In this document: positions 51,801-64,000 of the stretch, in pieces | Numbering within the stretch: position 1 is the stretch's first letter | Layout of the letters: every line of letters starts with the position of its first letter | Assembly: GCA_013265495.1 (NCBI GenBank) | Contig: MU058384.1 | Coordinates: 1,303,690 to 1,367,689, forward strand | DNA: 64,000 bases | Source of the DNA: Vicugna vicugna | Taxonomy: Eukaryota | Direction: 5' to 3' | Translations under genes and position numbers: made by a program | The notes under the pieces: generated by a model | The model's database searches: none | Told to the model about the DNA's origin: nothing | The model's input: only the letters and a program-made list of their open reading frames with translations

Positions 51801-53704
51801 GATGGAAATGTCCCGGAGACCCCTTATCAAGATGAGGGTCAAAGGAAATACCATGTGAAAAGTGGCCCATAAGAGGCACTCAACACATGCTAGTTCCTTG
51901 CTGTAATTAGATTCATTTCTCTATTCCTACCAAATATATATATATAAATATATATATATATCTCCTATGTGCTAAGCATTGGACTTGATCCTTGGGCAAA
52001 GCAATGACTGGGAATGGCAAATCCAGACCCTCATAAAATGTAAAGTCTGGCTTTGACCTATGCTTTAAACTATTTCTCCCAGACATGGTCTTGGCAGTGT
52101 GATTTGTTAAAATGAGCACTTTACTAGGAGTTAAAAGGAAAAAATAGGGATTCCAGTTCTACCATTAATTACTATGACTGGAAAAACCATGCAATACTCC
52201 TGGATATCAGTTTCCACAGAAAAAAAAAAAAACAAAACAACAATGAACAGATATTCTTTAGAGCCCCTTTTTCTAAACATAGGTAACTACACGGTTATCA
52301 AACATGTCCTTGAACTTGTTCACGCCATCCTTCAGCCAACCAAGCTCACTAGCCCCCTCAGAAGTGTTGTTTTTCTTGCCTGATCATATTACCACTGTCT
52401 TCGTGCCTAGCTGACTAATGATGGCAGCAGGGTTCTGTTGGCCCAACTTTACCCGAGTTCCGGTGGCACAAAGGTTTGCAGATCAAAGTAACTAGCAAGG
52501 CTTAAAGTGCAACGGTTGACAAACAGGTCTCAGGGCACGCTGTCCAGCAGTGGACAGCTGCTCGGAAGCTGTCTACACCGTGATTTAACACTGGGAGCTT
52601 GTTTCAAAATAGCTCTTTTCGACACCAGATGTCCAACAATGGCTATTTTCACAGGCCTTACACAGTCCCTGCAATGCTCACGCATGTCATTTTGCTCCGA
52701 AATGTGCTATATCAATGACATGTGTCCACACCATCTCCTATCTGAGGTTTCCTGAGAAAAGGAAGGCACTCGTGTGAAATGCCGAGACTCCACTGGACTG
52801 ATTGGTAAAGTCTCAGCCTTATCTAGTTTCCTTTGTGTTTCAGGGTAGTTCTGTGCACTTTGGTGATGCTGAGAACAGATTGATGCCAATAAGCCATTTG
52901 AGATAAGACCTAATTGGAAACAGAAGGTTGAAGAATGATGATGTTGGGAACAAGCAAAGGGGACAGACAAGTAATTATTCAGGCAGAATTTCTTTACACA
53001 AAAGGCAGATGGAAAAGGGAACAAAATTCCAAAGTCCATGGCAGAAGTAAGCAGCTGCACATTTCTTTTCTGTGGAAAAGCAAACAGAGTGAGTGATTCA
53101 CTGGGTTGGTAATGGGCTCCGCGGATCCCAAGGGAGTCACAATGTGCTGGCAGCCCCGCAGCATGTAAAATCACTCAGTGGTCTCCATCTAGTTCACCTC
53201 CTCAACTGACTCTAATTGTGAGGCATATGAGACGAGATTTAAGGGAAAGACTGAAGAGAAACAGCTTCCCTTTCACACATGAATCACAAAAGAGGTGCTC
53301 TGCGAACAAGGCAGGAAGATGAACATAAACACGTTCCACACTCGTTAACGAGCCGTGCATCAGATGTAACCAAACATTTCCATTCATAACTATAAACTCA
53401 CTACAAACAGAAATCATGAGAAAATGGAATCTGGGAAAAAGAGTCCTCAAAATTATCCTAGAGTCATCCGGTTGTGGATAAATTTCCCTCTATGATCTCA
53501 AAACCGAATTTGAAAGACAAAAGCAATAATAATTAGTAATCAGGGTGGGAGACACGGATGCCAATTTCCCCCCAAAGCAAAATCCATTAGCAGCAACCTT
53601 ACCCAAGCAGGACTAATTTGAAAGCTGTTTAACACTGTACTGCCTACAAAAATGAAAATAAAGACCCCAAGAAATCTTTCTTAGGTTTTGTCTCAAGCTC
53701 AAAT

Positions 53705-53735
<31 letters not shown>

Positions 53736-54299
53736 CACATATAAGAGTGACTTAAGGATACATGCATTGAGAACATTCTTCAAGGACATCCCTCCCAAGG
53801 AATGACAGGATCAAAGGGACTGGGTCCCCAGTTACCTGGGAATATGAACTCTCAGGCTTCACAGTGATGAAAGGGGTTTTCAATATGTAGAAAATTATTA
53901 AGAAAGAAAGATGGATAGAGAGATAATATCTCATATGAAGTAAAAGCCATAATTTGATAAAAAAGGAACAAGAAAAAAGATAGGTATAATTATTAAGGAA
54001 AACAAGAAAGGGTAATAATAGATTTCAGAACAAGAGCAAGAATAGATTTCAGAAGAATACATTACAGGATGGGATGAGGTATACATGTTTACAATGCTTA
54101 ACTGATTTAGGGTTTTTACAAGCTGAAGCTGAAGTACATCCAACTGCAGCCACCTCTCTGCCCCAAATCCCTCTTCCCTTCCCTCCTCAAGTGTCTAAAC
54201 TCCTTCCTGTTTGGTCCAGACACCCAGAGTTCTTCTGCTGGCACAGCTCCTCTCCACTCTCCCTCCAGCTCATAGCATTCAGCCTTCTGGCCTCAGACT

Positions 54300-54570
54300 C
54301 AAAGTCTCAGTGATGCCTGGCTTGAGTTACAACCCCACCTCTAATATGGAACCTCTAGATTATTCTCCCACCAAGCTCACGGGTTTTGTTGCACATTATG
54401 TAATGCAGCATCTAATGACACATTTATTTTTAGGTTGGTTTATCTTCCTCACCACACTGTGAGCTCCCTGTGACCAGGAACTTGTCTGTTTTGTTCACCA
54501 CCGTGACTTCTAGTCTCCAGCACAGAGCCTGGCACAGAGTAAGTGCTCAATAAAGCTTGTTGCTGAATTA
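54300..54570 (+). mobile_element. L2 3' end
   Basis: actgtgagctccctgtgaccaggaacttgtctgttttgttcacca..cagagcctggcacagagtaagtgctcaataaa. Confidence 0.85.
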
Positions 54571-54867
54571 ACAGATTCCACTCCTCAAACCTCTCATAGG
54601 CCATAGCATCTTGCTACCTATGGCTAAAAGTAATAATGTATCTAATTATATATGTTATACATGATAATAACACCAGTTATATCTAGGACTTGGTGATTAA
54701 CCATGTGTCAGGCACTGTTCTGAGACTCATTTACATTGAGTCACTTAATCCCCATGACATCCCAGTGATGTAGATTCTATTATAACATCCATTTTGAAAT
54801 GAAGACATTGAGGGACTGAAGGTTGAATAACTTGCTGAAAGTCACCTAGCTATTAAATGATGGTGCC

Positions 54868-56042
54868 TGTATTAGAAAACTCTCCAGAGCAGCAGAACCA
54901 ACAGGATGTGCATATATTATAAGAGATTTATTTTAAGAAATCAGATGACATATTTGTGGGGGCAGGGAGGTCCGAATCTGAAGGGCAGACTAGAGACCCA
55001 GGGAAGAGTTGATATTGTCATTTGAGTCTAAAGGCAGTCTCCTGGCAGAATTCCCTCTTCTTGAGGGTTGTCAGTCTTTTCTTTTAAGGCTTTCAACTGA
55101 TTGGATAATGTCTAGTCACCTTTTGGAAGGTAACCAGCTTTACTTAAAGTCTAATGATTTAAATATTAATCACATCTATAAATGCTGGAGAGAGTGTGGA
55201 GAAAAAGGAACCCTCCCAACTGCTGGTGGGAATGTAATTTGGTGCAGTCACAATGGAAAACAATACAGAGAGGCCTTGAAAAACTAAAAATAGACTTACC
55301 CTATGATCCAGCAATCCCACTCCTGAGCATGTATTCAGAGGAGACTATAATTTAAAAAAAATACATGCAGTCCAATGTTCATATCACCACTATTTACAAT
55401 AGCCAAGATATGAAACCAACCTAAATGTCCATCAACAGATGACTGGATAAGGAAGCTGTGGGATATATATTTACAATGAAATACTACTCAGCCATAAAAA
55501 TAATGAAATAACTGTTTGCAACATTGATTGACCTAGAGATTATCATGTTAATGATAATGAATGATGAAGTGAAGTAAGTCAGAGAAAGAAAAATATCATG
55601 ATACCACTTACATGTAAAATCTTAAAAAAAAAAAAAGAATTTCTTTGCAAAACAGATACACAGACATAAAAAACAAACTTACGGCTACCAAAGAGGGGAG
55701 AGAGGGAGTGATAAATTAGGAGTTTGGGATTCACAGATTCAAATCACTATATATAAAATAAGTAAACAACAAGGTCCTACTGTATAGCATAGGGAGTTAT
55801 ATTCAACAGCTTGTAATAATCTATAAGGAAAAAATATGAAAAAGAATATATATATGTTTAACTGAATCACTATGCTACACACCAAAACTAACACAGTGTT
55901 GTAAATCAACTATACTTAAATAAAAAAATTTAAATGTTAATGACATTTTAAAAAATACATTCACATCAACATCTAGACTGACGTTTGAACAAAACTGGGT
56001 ACCATGGCCTAGCCAAATTAATATATAAAATCAGCCATCACA
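54868..56042 (-). mobile_element. ERVL solo LTR (MLT2-type), split by an L1
   Basis: tgtattag..ctccagag..agaaccaacagga; ttaaggctttcaactgattggat; ends ggcctagccaaattaatatataaaatcagccatcaca. Confidence 0.85.
55178..55928 (+). mobile_element. 5'-truncated LINE-1 inserted in the MLT2 LTR
   Basis: Starts at the KCWRECGEKGT coding motif, L1 3'UTR and A tail; TSD tttaaatattaatcacat (55158-55175) / tttaaatgttaatgacat (55929-55946). Confidence 0.92.
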
Positions 56043-59000
56043 GAGTCAGGATGCAAATTCAATCTACTCCCAACATCCAAATACTTAATGAATATAATAC
56101 TCAGGCATATAGACTATGAGGATTCCCTTAAAGTTCACTTTCTATACTTATGACAGTGGGGAAAATATATAGGTATTTGTGTGTATGTAGGTGTGTCTGT
56201 GTGAGTGTATGTATATGTGTCTGTATGATTGTATGTCAGAATAAAATTCAGGAACATTTGCTTCAAGAATTCCCACAGGTAAAACTATTTCCTCATGATA
56301 TTGGGATAATTGTTACATATCAAGGCAGAAAAAGAAAGATTAACTGTAAGACTTACAATTTAAAGATAGCAATTGCTTATTATCAATTTTCAAATGAGCT
56401 TTAAATGGCAAGAATACAACTCAGCACTTCAAAGCAATTGTTGTACCACTGTATCCCAAGACAGGAGAATAACTAACTTAACAGTTATGTTTTCAAAGCA
56501 GAGCAGTGTAAGGAAGTGACAACCCTGAGTTCCAGCTGTAATACTGCCAGGAGTTGAAAGTGGTCACGAGCAGAGCCCACCATGACCACTCAGGACGACC
56601 ATGAGTTCCCCACCCCAGCATCGCCACCACCTTGCCTTCAAATCTAATAGTCCAAGCTTCGTGCTCTTTTTTTGGAGCAAGGTACCTCCCCTAGACAAAT
56701 GGGTTAAGTAAAAAAATGTGTCACCCTGTGGTTAATATATTAGGTCGTGGACATACATTCACACGAACAAAATACAGTTTTTTATTTATAAGCCACTCTG
56801 GTAGAGAGCCACATCCTGTCACGATGGAACACAGATCAGTCTTCTTTACTTTTCCGATCCATAAAGTGGGGACAGAATTTCCAAGTATGGATGTTGACAC
56901 ATCATAGAATATTGGGAGAAGCAATTTCAGAAGCACATTTTCAAAGAACAGCTTTCAGCTTTTTCTTTAAAGTAAAGCCTGGCTTTGCAGGAGATGCCCA
57001 CTAGAGAATTGGAGTAAATATTTGTAAGGATGTTTTTTTGAAGAGCTGAGGATAACAGAAGCTATTTGCTGAGAACTTTTATCCATCATGAAAACAGATA
57101 CCCTGAAGTCTGGAAGTGAATGGAATTCTACTCCGCCCCTTGACATACTCACTTTTTGGTAAAAACCACAGTAAAGGTGATGAATCATCAGATCCCAGAA
57201 AAATAAGACTCTGCAGGTCAGTTCCTTCAGGGCAGAGTATCCAAACAGAATGACAGCTATGCCATTCACCAGAAACAGACATCAGTTCATTTAAAACATT
57301 CAAGTTAAAGAATCCAAACTGAGGAATCAAAATTTTATGTATAACTAGAGGCATGATAATTGATGATTTGGAACACCAAGAAGCAATGTTTACATTTCAA
57401 ACATACAGGGCTTGATTTTCCTGGCAGGAACATGAATAAGACAAAAAGGATATACACAGTTACACAGGAGGAGACATGTTTCAGCTATGAACATTTCACT
57501 GGAAAGGACAAAAAGAGCCTGTGGGAAAACCCAGAGGACAAGAGAACTGAGTGAACACAAAAGGGACTTGCACACAGAGATGATGTTAAACGGGGTAAAA
57601 CCAGGACATTTAAGAGGAGAGTAAATCACATTTCACAATTTTCCATTTGCCTACTTTTTTCAGCTTTTGACAGCAAGGAGGAGAAAATGTGTCCAATCTT
57701 CCGCTGGGTTCTCCCAAAACAATGCCATGAGAAGGCACTTCTGCAGGGTTAAACACCAGAAGCAATGCAAATTAGGTCAGAGAGGATATTATGAAAAGGA
57801 TGTTGTAAATATACTGGCTCATGAGGGAACATTCGAGAGGAAGAGGTGGATTGTGAAGCTGGTCGGTGGAAAGTTGTTTTGAGAAACAAAACAAAACAAA
57901 ACACAAAGACTGTCAGGGGCAGTGTAAACAAGGAGAAGCAGAAGTTAAACGCTCTCCCAAATTCCAAGTGAGATGTTGGAATAAAAAGACTTACTGACCA
58001 TCTGAACAGAAAACTGGAAAGAAAGAGACTGGAAAAAATATCACAATAAACTGTTTCATGAAGCACCAGCCCCCATATGTCTGGAGCATACTGACCTCAT
58101 TTGGTGCACAGGTGGTCGCATCTGAGAAGCAAGAGAAAGGTAGTAATGTGCAACAGGGCAGAGTCAGGAAAGGGGTGCAGCCTGAGGGGTCATTAACATG
58201 TGAAGCAGGTGGCCACTGAGCCCAGTGACTTACTAGGATCCCCTAGCAGATGAAGAAGATCAAATGGGAAAGTGTAAAGGTGGGGCAGGCACTGAAAGAA
58301 ATAGCAAAGGTATGAAAAGAAGAATTGGATTATACAGTGAATTAGAAAGAGGAAGTATTAAATTTAGTAGAAAGGGGAAGAGAAAGTCTGTAAAATAAAA
58401 TAGGAAATTGATGAGGGAAAGGGACTCAAATGCAAAATAGGACACATAGCTGACTTCACAAAAATGATACAAGCTGGAGACAATTCAATTATCCTGATCA
58501 GTCAAGTAGAACAAATGTTAAGGAGACCAAGTTTGAAGGTTGTCTTCTACTCCAGGCCTTGAGCATTTTTCAAGAGCACGCGATTCCTCTTGGTGGTACA
58601 CTCCCACCCCTGAGCTGATAGGGCAGGCTCCTCCGAGTCACAGAGCAGCTAGAACACAATGGAAGCTTTGCGGGGTTCTGAAAGCAAGTCTCCAGGTGGG
58701 TCAGCACTTCTGTGATCATTACCAGGTTCTAGCTACAACTTGGTATGACTGAGTGTTTAAATATCTGAAGCCATGGACATGCTAGAGTTACTCTGAAGAA
58801 TATCCCAAAGTAGAACAGCAGTTGAAGCAAAGTTGATTTCCTTGACTTTTCGTTCACATTCCCCTTTCTTCATCTCATTCCTGCCCTCATCCTGATCACT
58901 ATTGGGATAGCCCTGAACTTGTCCCCACATTTCAACATGTTAGCATCTTGAAAAGGCACACTGTCAGTGACCATAGTGTGTGTTTAACCACCACTGAGCC

Positions 59001-60772
59001 AAAGGACACTTTTCTGGATTTTTAATCTTCATTAAGAGAACTGCTTTTCAAATTTGTAAAATATCTTTCCTTTGGTTTTTCAATATACGAATACATTATC
59101 TGCCTCTCTGGGTTCTAAAAAAATGAATGGTTTGAAAAACTATCGGCCGTAAGTCAGAGGCAGGTTTAGATAGAAGCATTTTCCCCCTTTCCCTGTCCAC
59201 TCAATATTTCAAAAGTCCATTATTCTTCATGTTTGTGGAAAAGCACAGGGCCACATTTCAATTTCTCTTGAATGCCATCTTACTTGGCTAAAGATTTTGC
59301 AATAGTTTATGAGGTGACAGCATGCTAGAGTTTAGCTTTTGTTGGGGGTAGGGGTATGTGTCCTTCCAAAGGGAAGGTGTTCTTTCCACCTCTTTGCCTC
59401 TTCGGGGCTGCGGCAGAGAAGAAAGCCTCTACAGTTTACGTTCGCTTTGTCAGCCCTGTAAGCAACCATCTGTTTCAGCAGCGGAGTGCGATCTGTCAGT
59501 TTTGTTTTTGGTTGGGATGCAGTGGCAGGAGCTGGCTCATTGTTGCTTCTTGGAGAACCGCAAAGTAATTAACCATTCCAGTACTGGCTACAATAGAGAT
59601 GGCCACTTTCAATGTTGGGCCAGATTTTTGCTTTATCCAGTGTTGGAAGTACGACAAAAAACTGAATAGCTATTCATCGTGTTTCATTGTTCCCTAAAGA
59701 GGCAACATGCTCTTTGTTAGAAAGGCAACCTGGATTTTCCGACACACCATTTCATTTCAATGTCTCTGTGCCAAAGATGGAACAAAGTGTGGGTGCTGTA
59801 GACAAACAATCAAAACATGACAGTGACAAACACCCTAAGAGACCTCATTCGCCAACACGTGAACAGGGGCATGTCGTTCACAGAGGACAGGAGGTGTGAG
59901 ATGGGGCTGGGAAGAAAACAGGAAAGAAGATGGGGGGGGTGTTGATTCTGAATATATTTGGGAGATGTAATGCTTCCCTGATTGAGCATAACTTTATAAG
60001 GCACAGTCCTGATAAATCAAAGACCTGCGGAAAGAGATAAGGACCAACAGGTTTATATTTTATCCTGTTTTTCTCATGGCTTCTCTCTGTCTGTCTTTCC
60101 CTCTTTCCCTTTAATCTTGAACATGATATTCTGTCTCTTTTCCCATCCATAAGATGCGTTTGCCAATTAAATTTTGAACTACAAGATGTGGAAAAACACC
60201 TCTCAAATAGATATATAAAATAGATTTTAGGAACTTTTGTAAATAGTCACCCTATAAGAAAAAAGTAAAGGAAATGAGTAATTGACTCTTGTTTCTAATA
60301 TTACCATCTCTGAACACTCTTAAGTACATACTTATTAATTTAATAGGTCGAGTCAAGCATAAATGCTGTCTCTATTTTCAACTGACTCTTTCATCTTTCC
60401 CAGCAAATTAAAAAGTTTGATAAAAAAAAGTTAGGTTGGCAATCATATGAGATAAGAAAATACTTCCAGTGGTGTGGACAAAATATTCCACAGGTGTAGA
60501 TATTCTAGCCCTGTACACGATGGCAGGGTTTGAAAAATTAGATACTGAATATATTCTCAAAAAGTCATCCCAGCATTTTTCCTTACAGCTTACTAGATTT
60601 CTTTTTCTCCTAATTAACATTTACTTTGCTTTAAATAATAACTTATAAAGATAGTTTGCTTTGCAATTAAAACTACTCCTTATTAATTAATGAGAGTGAA
60701 GGGGAGGGTATAGCTCAGTGGTAGAGTTCATGGTGAGCGTGCATGAGGTCCCGGGTTCAACACCAGTACCTC

Positions 60773-61359
60773 TATTAGGTAGTTAGATAAGCGGGGGCAC
60801 TGGCAGATAATGTGGAGGAGAGGCAGGATGGTCCGGAAGATGACGATATGCCTGCCTTCAGCAAATAGGGATTTTACTTCTTCTAAATGAGTGCCAGCAA
60901 GAAACCGGTTAGAACCTGACAGCCACAACTGCACATTAGGGACAAGGACCTAATCAAACATGACCTAATGCTTATTGTAATATAATTAGTATTGCAGTTT
61001 AGGCCCCCGCTATCTTGGGTATTTCTGTGTGCATCATGGGTAAGGATACAAGCGCGAAAGGAGACAAGCATGACTAAGCACTCCAGGGGCAAGAGCCGTC
61101 AATCACTCAAGAGACCACCTCCAAGGGAAGGCGTAAGCAGGGGAACAAAGACCTGCGCTGCTGCCCGCCCTTGGATCTGCCCGCGCTTGGATCTGCCCGC
61201 CCTTGGATCAGCCCGCCTCCCGTCCTTGGAGGCGTACATTTCCTTTGCTAATAAATCCTTTAAAATCTTTCGCTACACAACGCTTCATCTCCTGTCTGAA
61301 TTCTTATCTTTCAGGTATGACGAGAATTGGGTCTTTTCACTTCCTCTTTTGGGGTAACA
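60773..61359 (+). mobile_element. CpG-rich ERV1-class solo LTR (587 bp)
   Basis: Termini TAtta (TG probably mutated to TA)..ggggtaaCA; 4-bp TSD cctc at 60769-60772 and 61360-61363; aataaa at 61250-61255; many intact CpGs. Confidence 0.85.
61161..61217 (+). repeat. 16-bp tandem repeat x3.5 inside the LTR
   Basis: ctgcccgcccttggat / ctgcccgcgcttggat / ctgcccgcccttggat / cagcccgcc. Confidence 0.95.
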
Positions 61360-62435
61360 CCTCCATTAAAATAAACAAAACTCCCTCTCCAAAAAACAAA
61401 ACAAAACAAAATTAATAAGAGTGATTAATCCACGTCCAGTTGTCGATGTTCCTCTAGTATTTTTAGGCCAATCTCCAGTCTTCCATTCTTTACTCCACAC
61501 TGAATATTTATCAATTTTACTTCTTCCTATAGATGTTTAGCTATCCGGTTTTTGGCTGGCTATTTTGATTGTTTCTTCTTAAAAAAAAAAACTGTATATA
61601 TAAGTGATACTGAGGCCTAACCAGAACCGTGTGGGACAAGGTATGTTTTACATCCTACTTCTAAGAAATAAAGCTCTGTAAGTTAGGAAACTTAGTGCTT
61701 TTTTAAATTTAAGGGTATCATTTTCTCAACTCATATGTTTCACCTATGATTCTCTATATGACTTCAAAACTTTTGAAGTATTTGTATATTTAATTAAAAT
61801 TAGAATCACACAGATGTTTCTGTTGCTGTGATTAAATTCAGTTTTACAGCATCCTGCTGCTCCTTACAGATGGAAAATGTCCTGGCTCTGACCTTGGAGC
61901 CCATCTGGTCTGGTGGCCATGGCACTTATGGGTGTATTGACTCAACAGGCATTTTTAGACTGCTGACTGCACCCAGAAAAACACAGGTCACTCTTACCAA
62001 GGTACAGTCTTTAAGAGAATACTGAAAGCCCAGCCAGAGAACAAGCTCTTGGCAAAATTACAGAGTAAGTGATGTTTTAAGTTGTGTATCTTTGACCCTC
62101 TTGTTAGAATTCAGTATCTGTTGAAAGCAGGCCCATTGTTATGTTCAACTTTGCAATTCCTTCCTTTTGTCTTTACCCTCAGCCTCACTTCTTCTGGTCT
62201 AATCGAAGGCCTCAGAGTAGACACCCAGGAAACATCTAGACTCCATAACATTTGTCTATGCCCCATGCCTTCTCTCTCTCTTATGTCCTTAACTCTCCAG
62301 GATATTCAAACAGAATCCTTGTGAAGACCCACTCTTCCTAAGAATTTTGGCATGCTCTTGCCTAGGGATCCTAAAATTTGTTGACGGAGTGATCACCCAC
62401 TCCTATCAACAATAAAATCTTTCTAAACTAATATA

Positions 62436-63208
62436 TGCTATACACTTATAATTCTGTCCCCAATTCCAATTCTTATATGTGTGGTTTCTTTCCTCACCAC
62501 CAAGCAACCTAGAGATAGAATCAGAATCCACGGGTTAGGGGCTCGGTGTCACAAGGCTATCCCCATTTGGATGCCAGTCACAAGTCCAAGCTGTCACTTG
62601 GGCTTCTACCAATCAAATATAGATCAGAGGTTCCCATAACTTCCTCCTCAGATTTGACTAATTTGCTAGAGTGGTTCACAGAACTCAGATAAATATTTAC
62701 TTACTGGATTACTGGTTTATTATAAAAGGATATAACTCAAGAACAGTTACATGGAAGAGACACATAGGGCAAGGTATGAGGAAGGGGCTCAGAGCTCCCA
62801 TGCGTTCTCTGGAGGCAGCACTCTCCCAAAATCTCCACTGGTTCACCATCCCAAAAGTTCTCAGAATCCTGTCCTTTTGGATTTTTATGGAAGCTTCATT
62901 ACATATGCATAATAAATTCCATTATTGGCCACTGGAGATTGAACTCAATCTCCACAGCCCTTTCCCTTCTTCAGAGGTCAAAGGGTGGGACTGAAAATTC
63001 CAATCCTATAATCACCTGACAGGTTCTTCTGGTGCCCAGGCCAAATCCTTAGGTGACCTAAGGGCATTCCAAAAAGACACCTCAATAACATAGCAAAAGA
63101 TAACCTTTACTTTCTTCTAATTTAGGAAATTCTGAGCATTTGGGGAGCTCTGTCAGGAACTGTATGAAGACCAAATATATATTTCTTAATATAAATCACA
63201 ATATCACA
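62436..63208 (-). mobile_element. Solo LTR, MER21C-like
   Basis: taatttgctagagtggttcacagaactcag; ggtttattataaaaggatataactcaagaacag; ends aatataaatcacaatatcaca. Confidence 0.8.
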
Positions 63209-64000
63209 ACACTAATATATATAGCAAATTAATCTAGCAAATTAATCAAATTGTTTGTTTGGAGTTTTTTTTTTTTTTTGACTGGGAAACTGTTAGTTTT
63301 ATTTCTTTTTGTAAGTTTGTGATTTAAGTATTCTAAGACCTTATTCTTGAGTTACTTAGGAAGAGGGCATGATTGTGCAGAAGACAGGGACATGAAGAGA
63401 AAAGAGTGGGAACACACAACATTAAGCTTCCATAACAGAGTCCCCAGTGGAGATGGTCCAAGCTAGTGGAGCTACTTTTTACCCCAAAACTTAAAACTCA
63501 GGACACATCTATCTATGGTGCCACATTAGCTGGAAGTAATGGAGACATCTGATTTCAAATTCACATTTGAAATGCTTGCTTGCAATCAGTAGGGATCCAA
63601 GCAAGTTGATGGCTCTAAGGATTTAGCTTCATTGACACAAATTTTTCACTCTACCAAAAGATAGGACACAAGCTCACTGTCCAATCATGCTTGCTGAAAA
63701 TACTGCAGCCTGAGTGTAGACAAACTTCCCCTGATGTTACTAGAAGTTGTCTTATGTCTGACAGTTGCAGGATTACCATGCATCTTTCAAACACTTCTTT
63801 TCTGAGGATATACACACATATATGTGTGTACATGTCTATATCTATTTGTACACACAAATAGATATTTTAACAGAATGGATTAAGCAAGAAATATATGTTC
63901 TTGAAATAATTTTCTTTTTCCTTATTGATGTACAAAAGATTTTGCTTTCAGAAAATATACTATCAGTGATAATGCATTTTTTGGAAAAACAATGTTGAAA

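Larger units (their letters stand above)
54664..56100 (-). mobile_element. MIR split by an MLT2 LTR (MIR parts ~54664-54867 and ~56043-56100)
   Basis: catgtgtcaggcactgttctgag..ccattttgaaatgaagacattgagg..aacttgctgaaagtcacctagcta, resuming as gagtcaggatgcaaattca after the LTR. Confidence 0.75.
60701..61409 (+). mobile_element. Vic-1-type SINE split by a solo LTR (parts 60701-60772 and 61360-61409)
   Basis: ggggagggtatagctcagtgg (A box), ggttcaacacc (B box); tail resumes after the LTR; TSD aattaatgagagtga (60685-60699) / aattaataagagtga (61410-61424). Confidence 0.88.

Noticed and set aside
52535..52561. Iron-responsive element (CAGTGN in a hairpin)
   Set aside because: The five bases either side of CAGTGG do not pair and the bulged C is not in the required position.
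62932..63064. Palindromes tggagattga-ac-tcaatctcca and ccttaggt-g-acctaagg
   Set aside because: They lie inside the MER21C-like LTR and probably derive from it.
1..64000. CRISPR array, operon or other prokaryote-type system
   Set aside because: The sequence is mammalian, with no regularly spaced repeat-spacer array and no ORF longer than 155 aa.

Overview
AT-rich mammalian genomic DNA, most likely camelid (alpaca, llama or camel), judged from two tRNA-derived SINEs of the camelid Vic-1 type and the absence of recognisable Alu, B1, Bov-tA or PRE-1 SINEs. I recognise no host protein-coding exon: the window looks intergenic or like part of a very large intron. The only recognisable translated ORFs are decayed LINE-1 ORF2p fragments. 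The window is dominated by interspersed repeats (L1 of several ages, L2, MIR, MaLR/ERVL/ERV1 solo LTRs, MER5A). The most unusual structures are: (i) a MER41-like solo LTR flanked by a 121-bp direct duplication instead of a 4-5 bp TSD; (ii) a CpG-rich solo LTR inserted inside a Vic-1-type SINE with both TSD sets intact; (iii) an isolated ~150-bp CpG island with a DR1 motif and nearby splice donors, possibly a lncRNA promoter; (iv) two twin-primed (5'-inverted) L1 insertions and a MIR>MLT2>L1 nest. I found no evidence for a new biological system. Repeat subfamily names come from my memory of consensus sequences and need RepeatMasker/Dfam confirmation; boundaries of old repeats are approximate.
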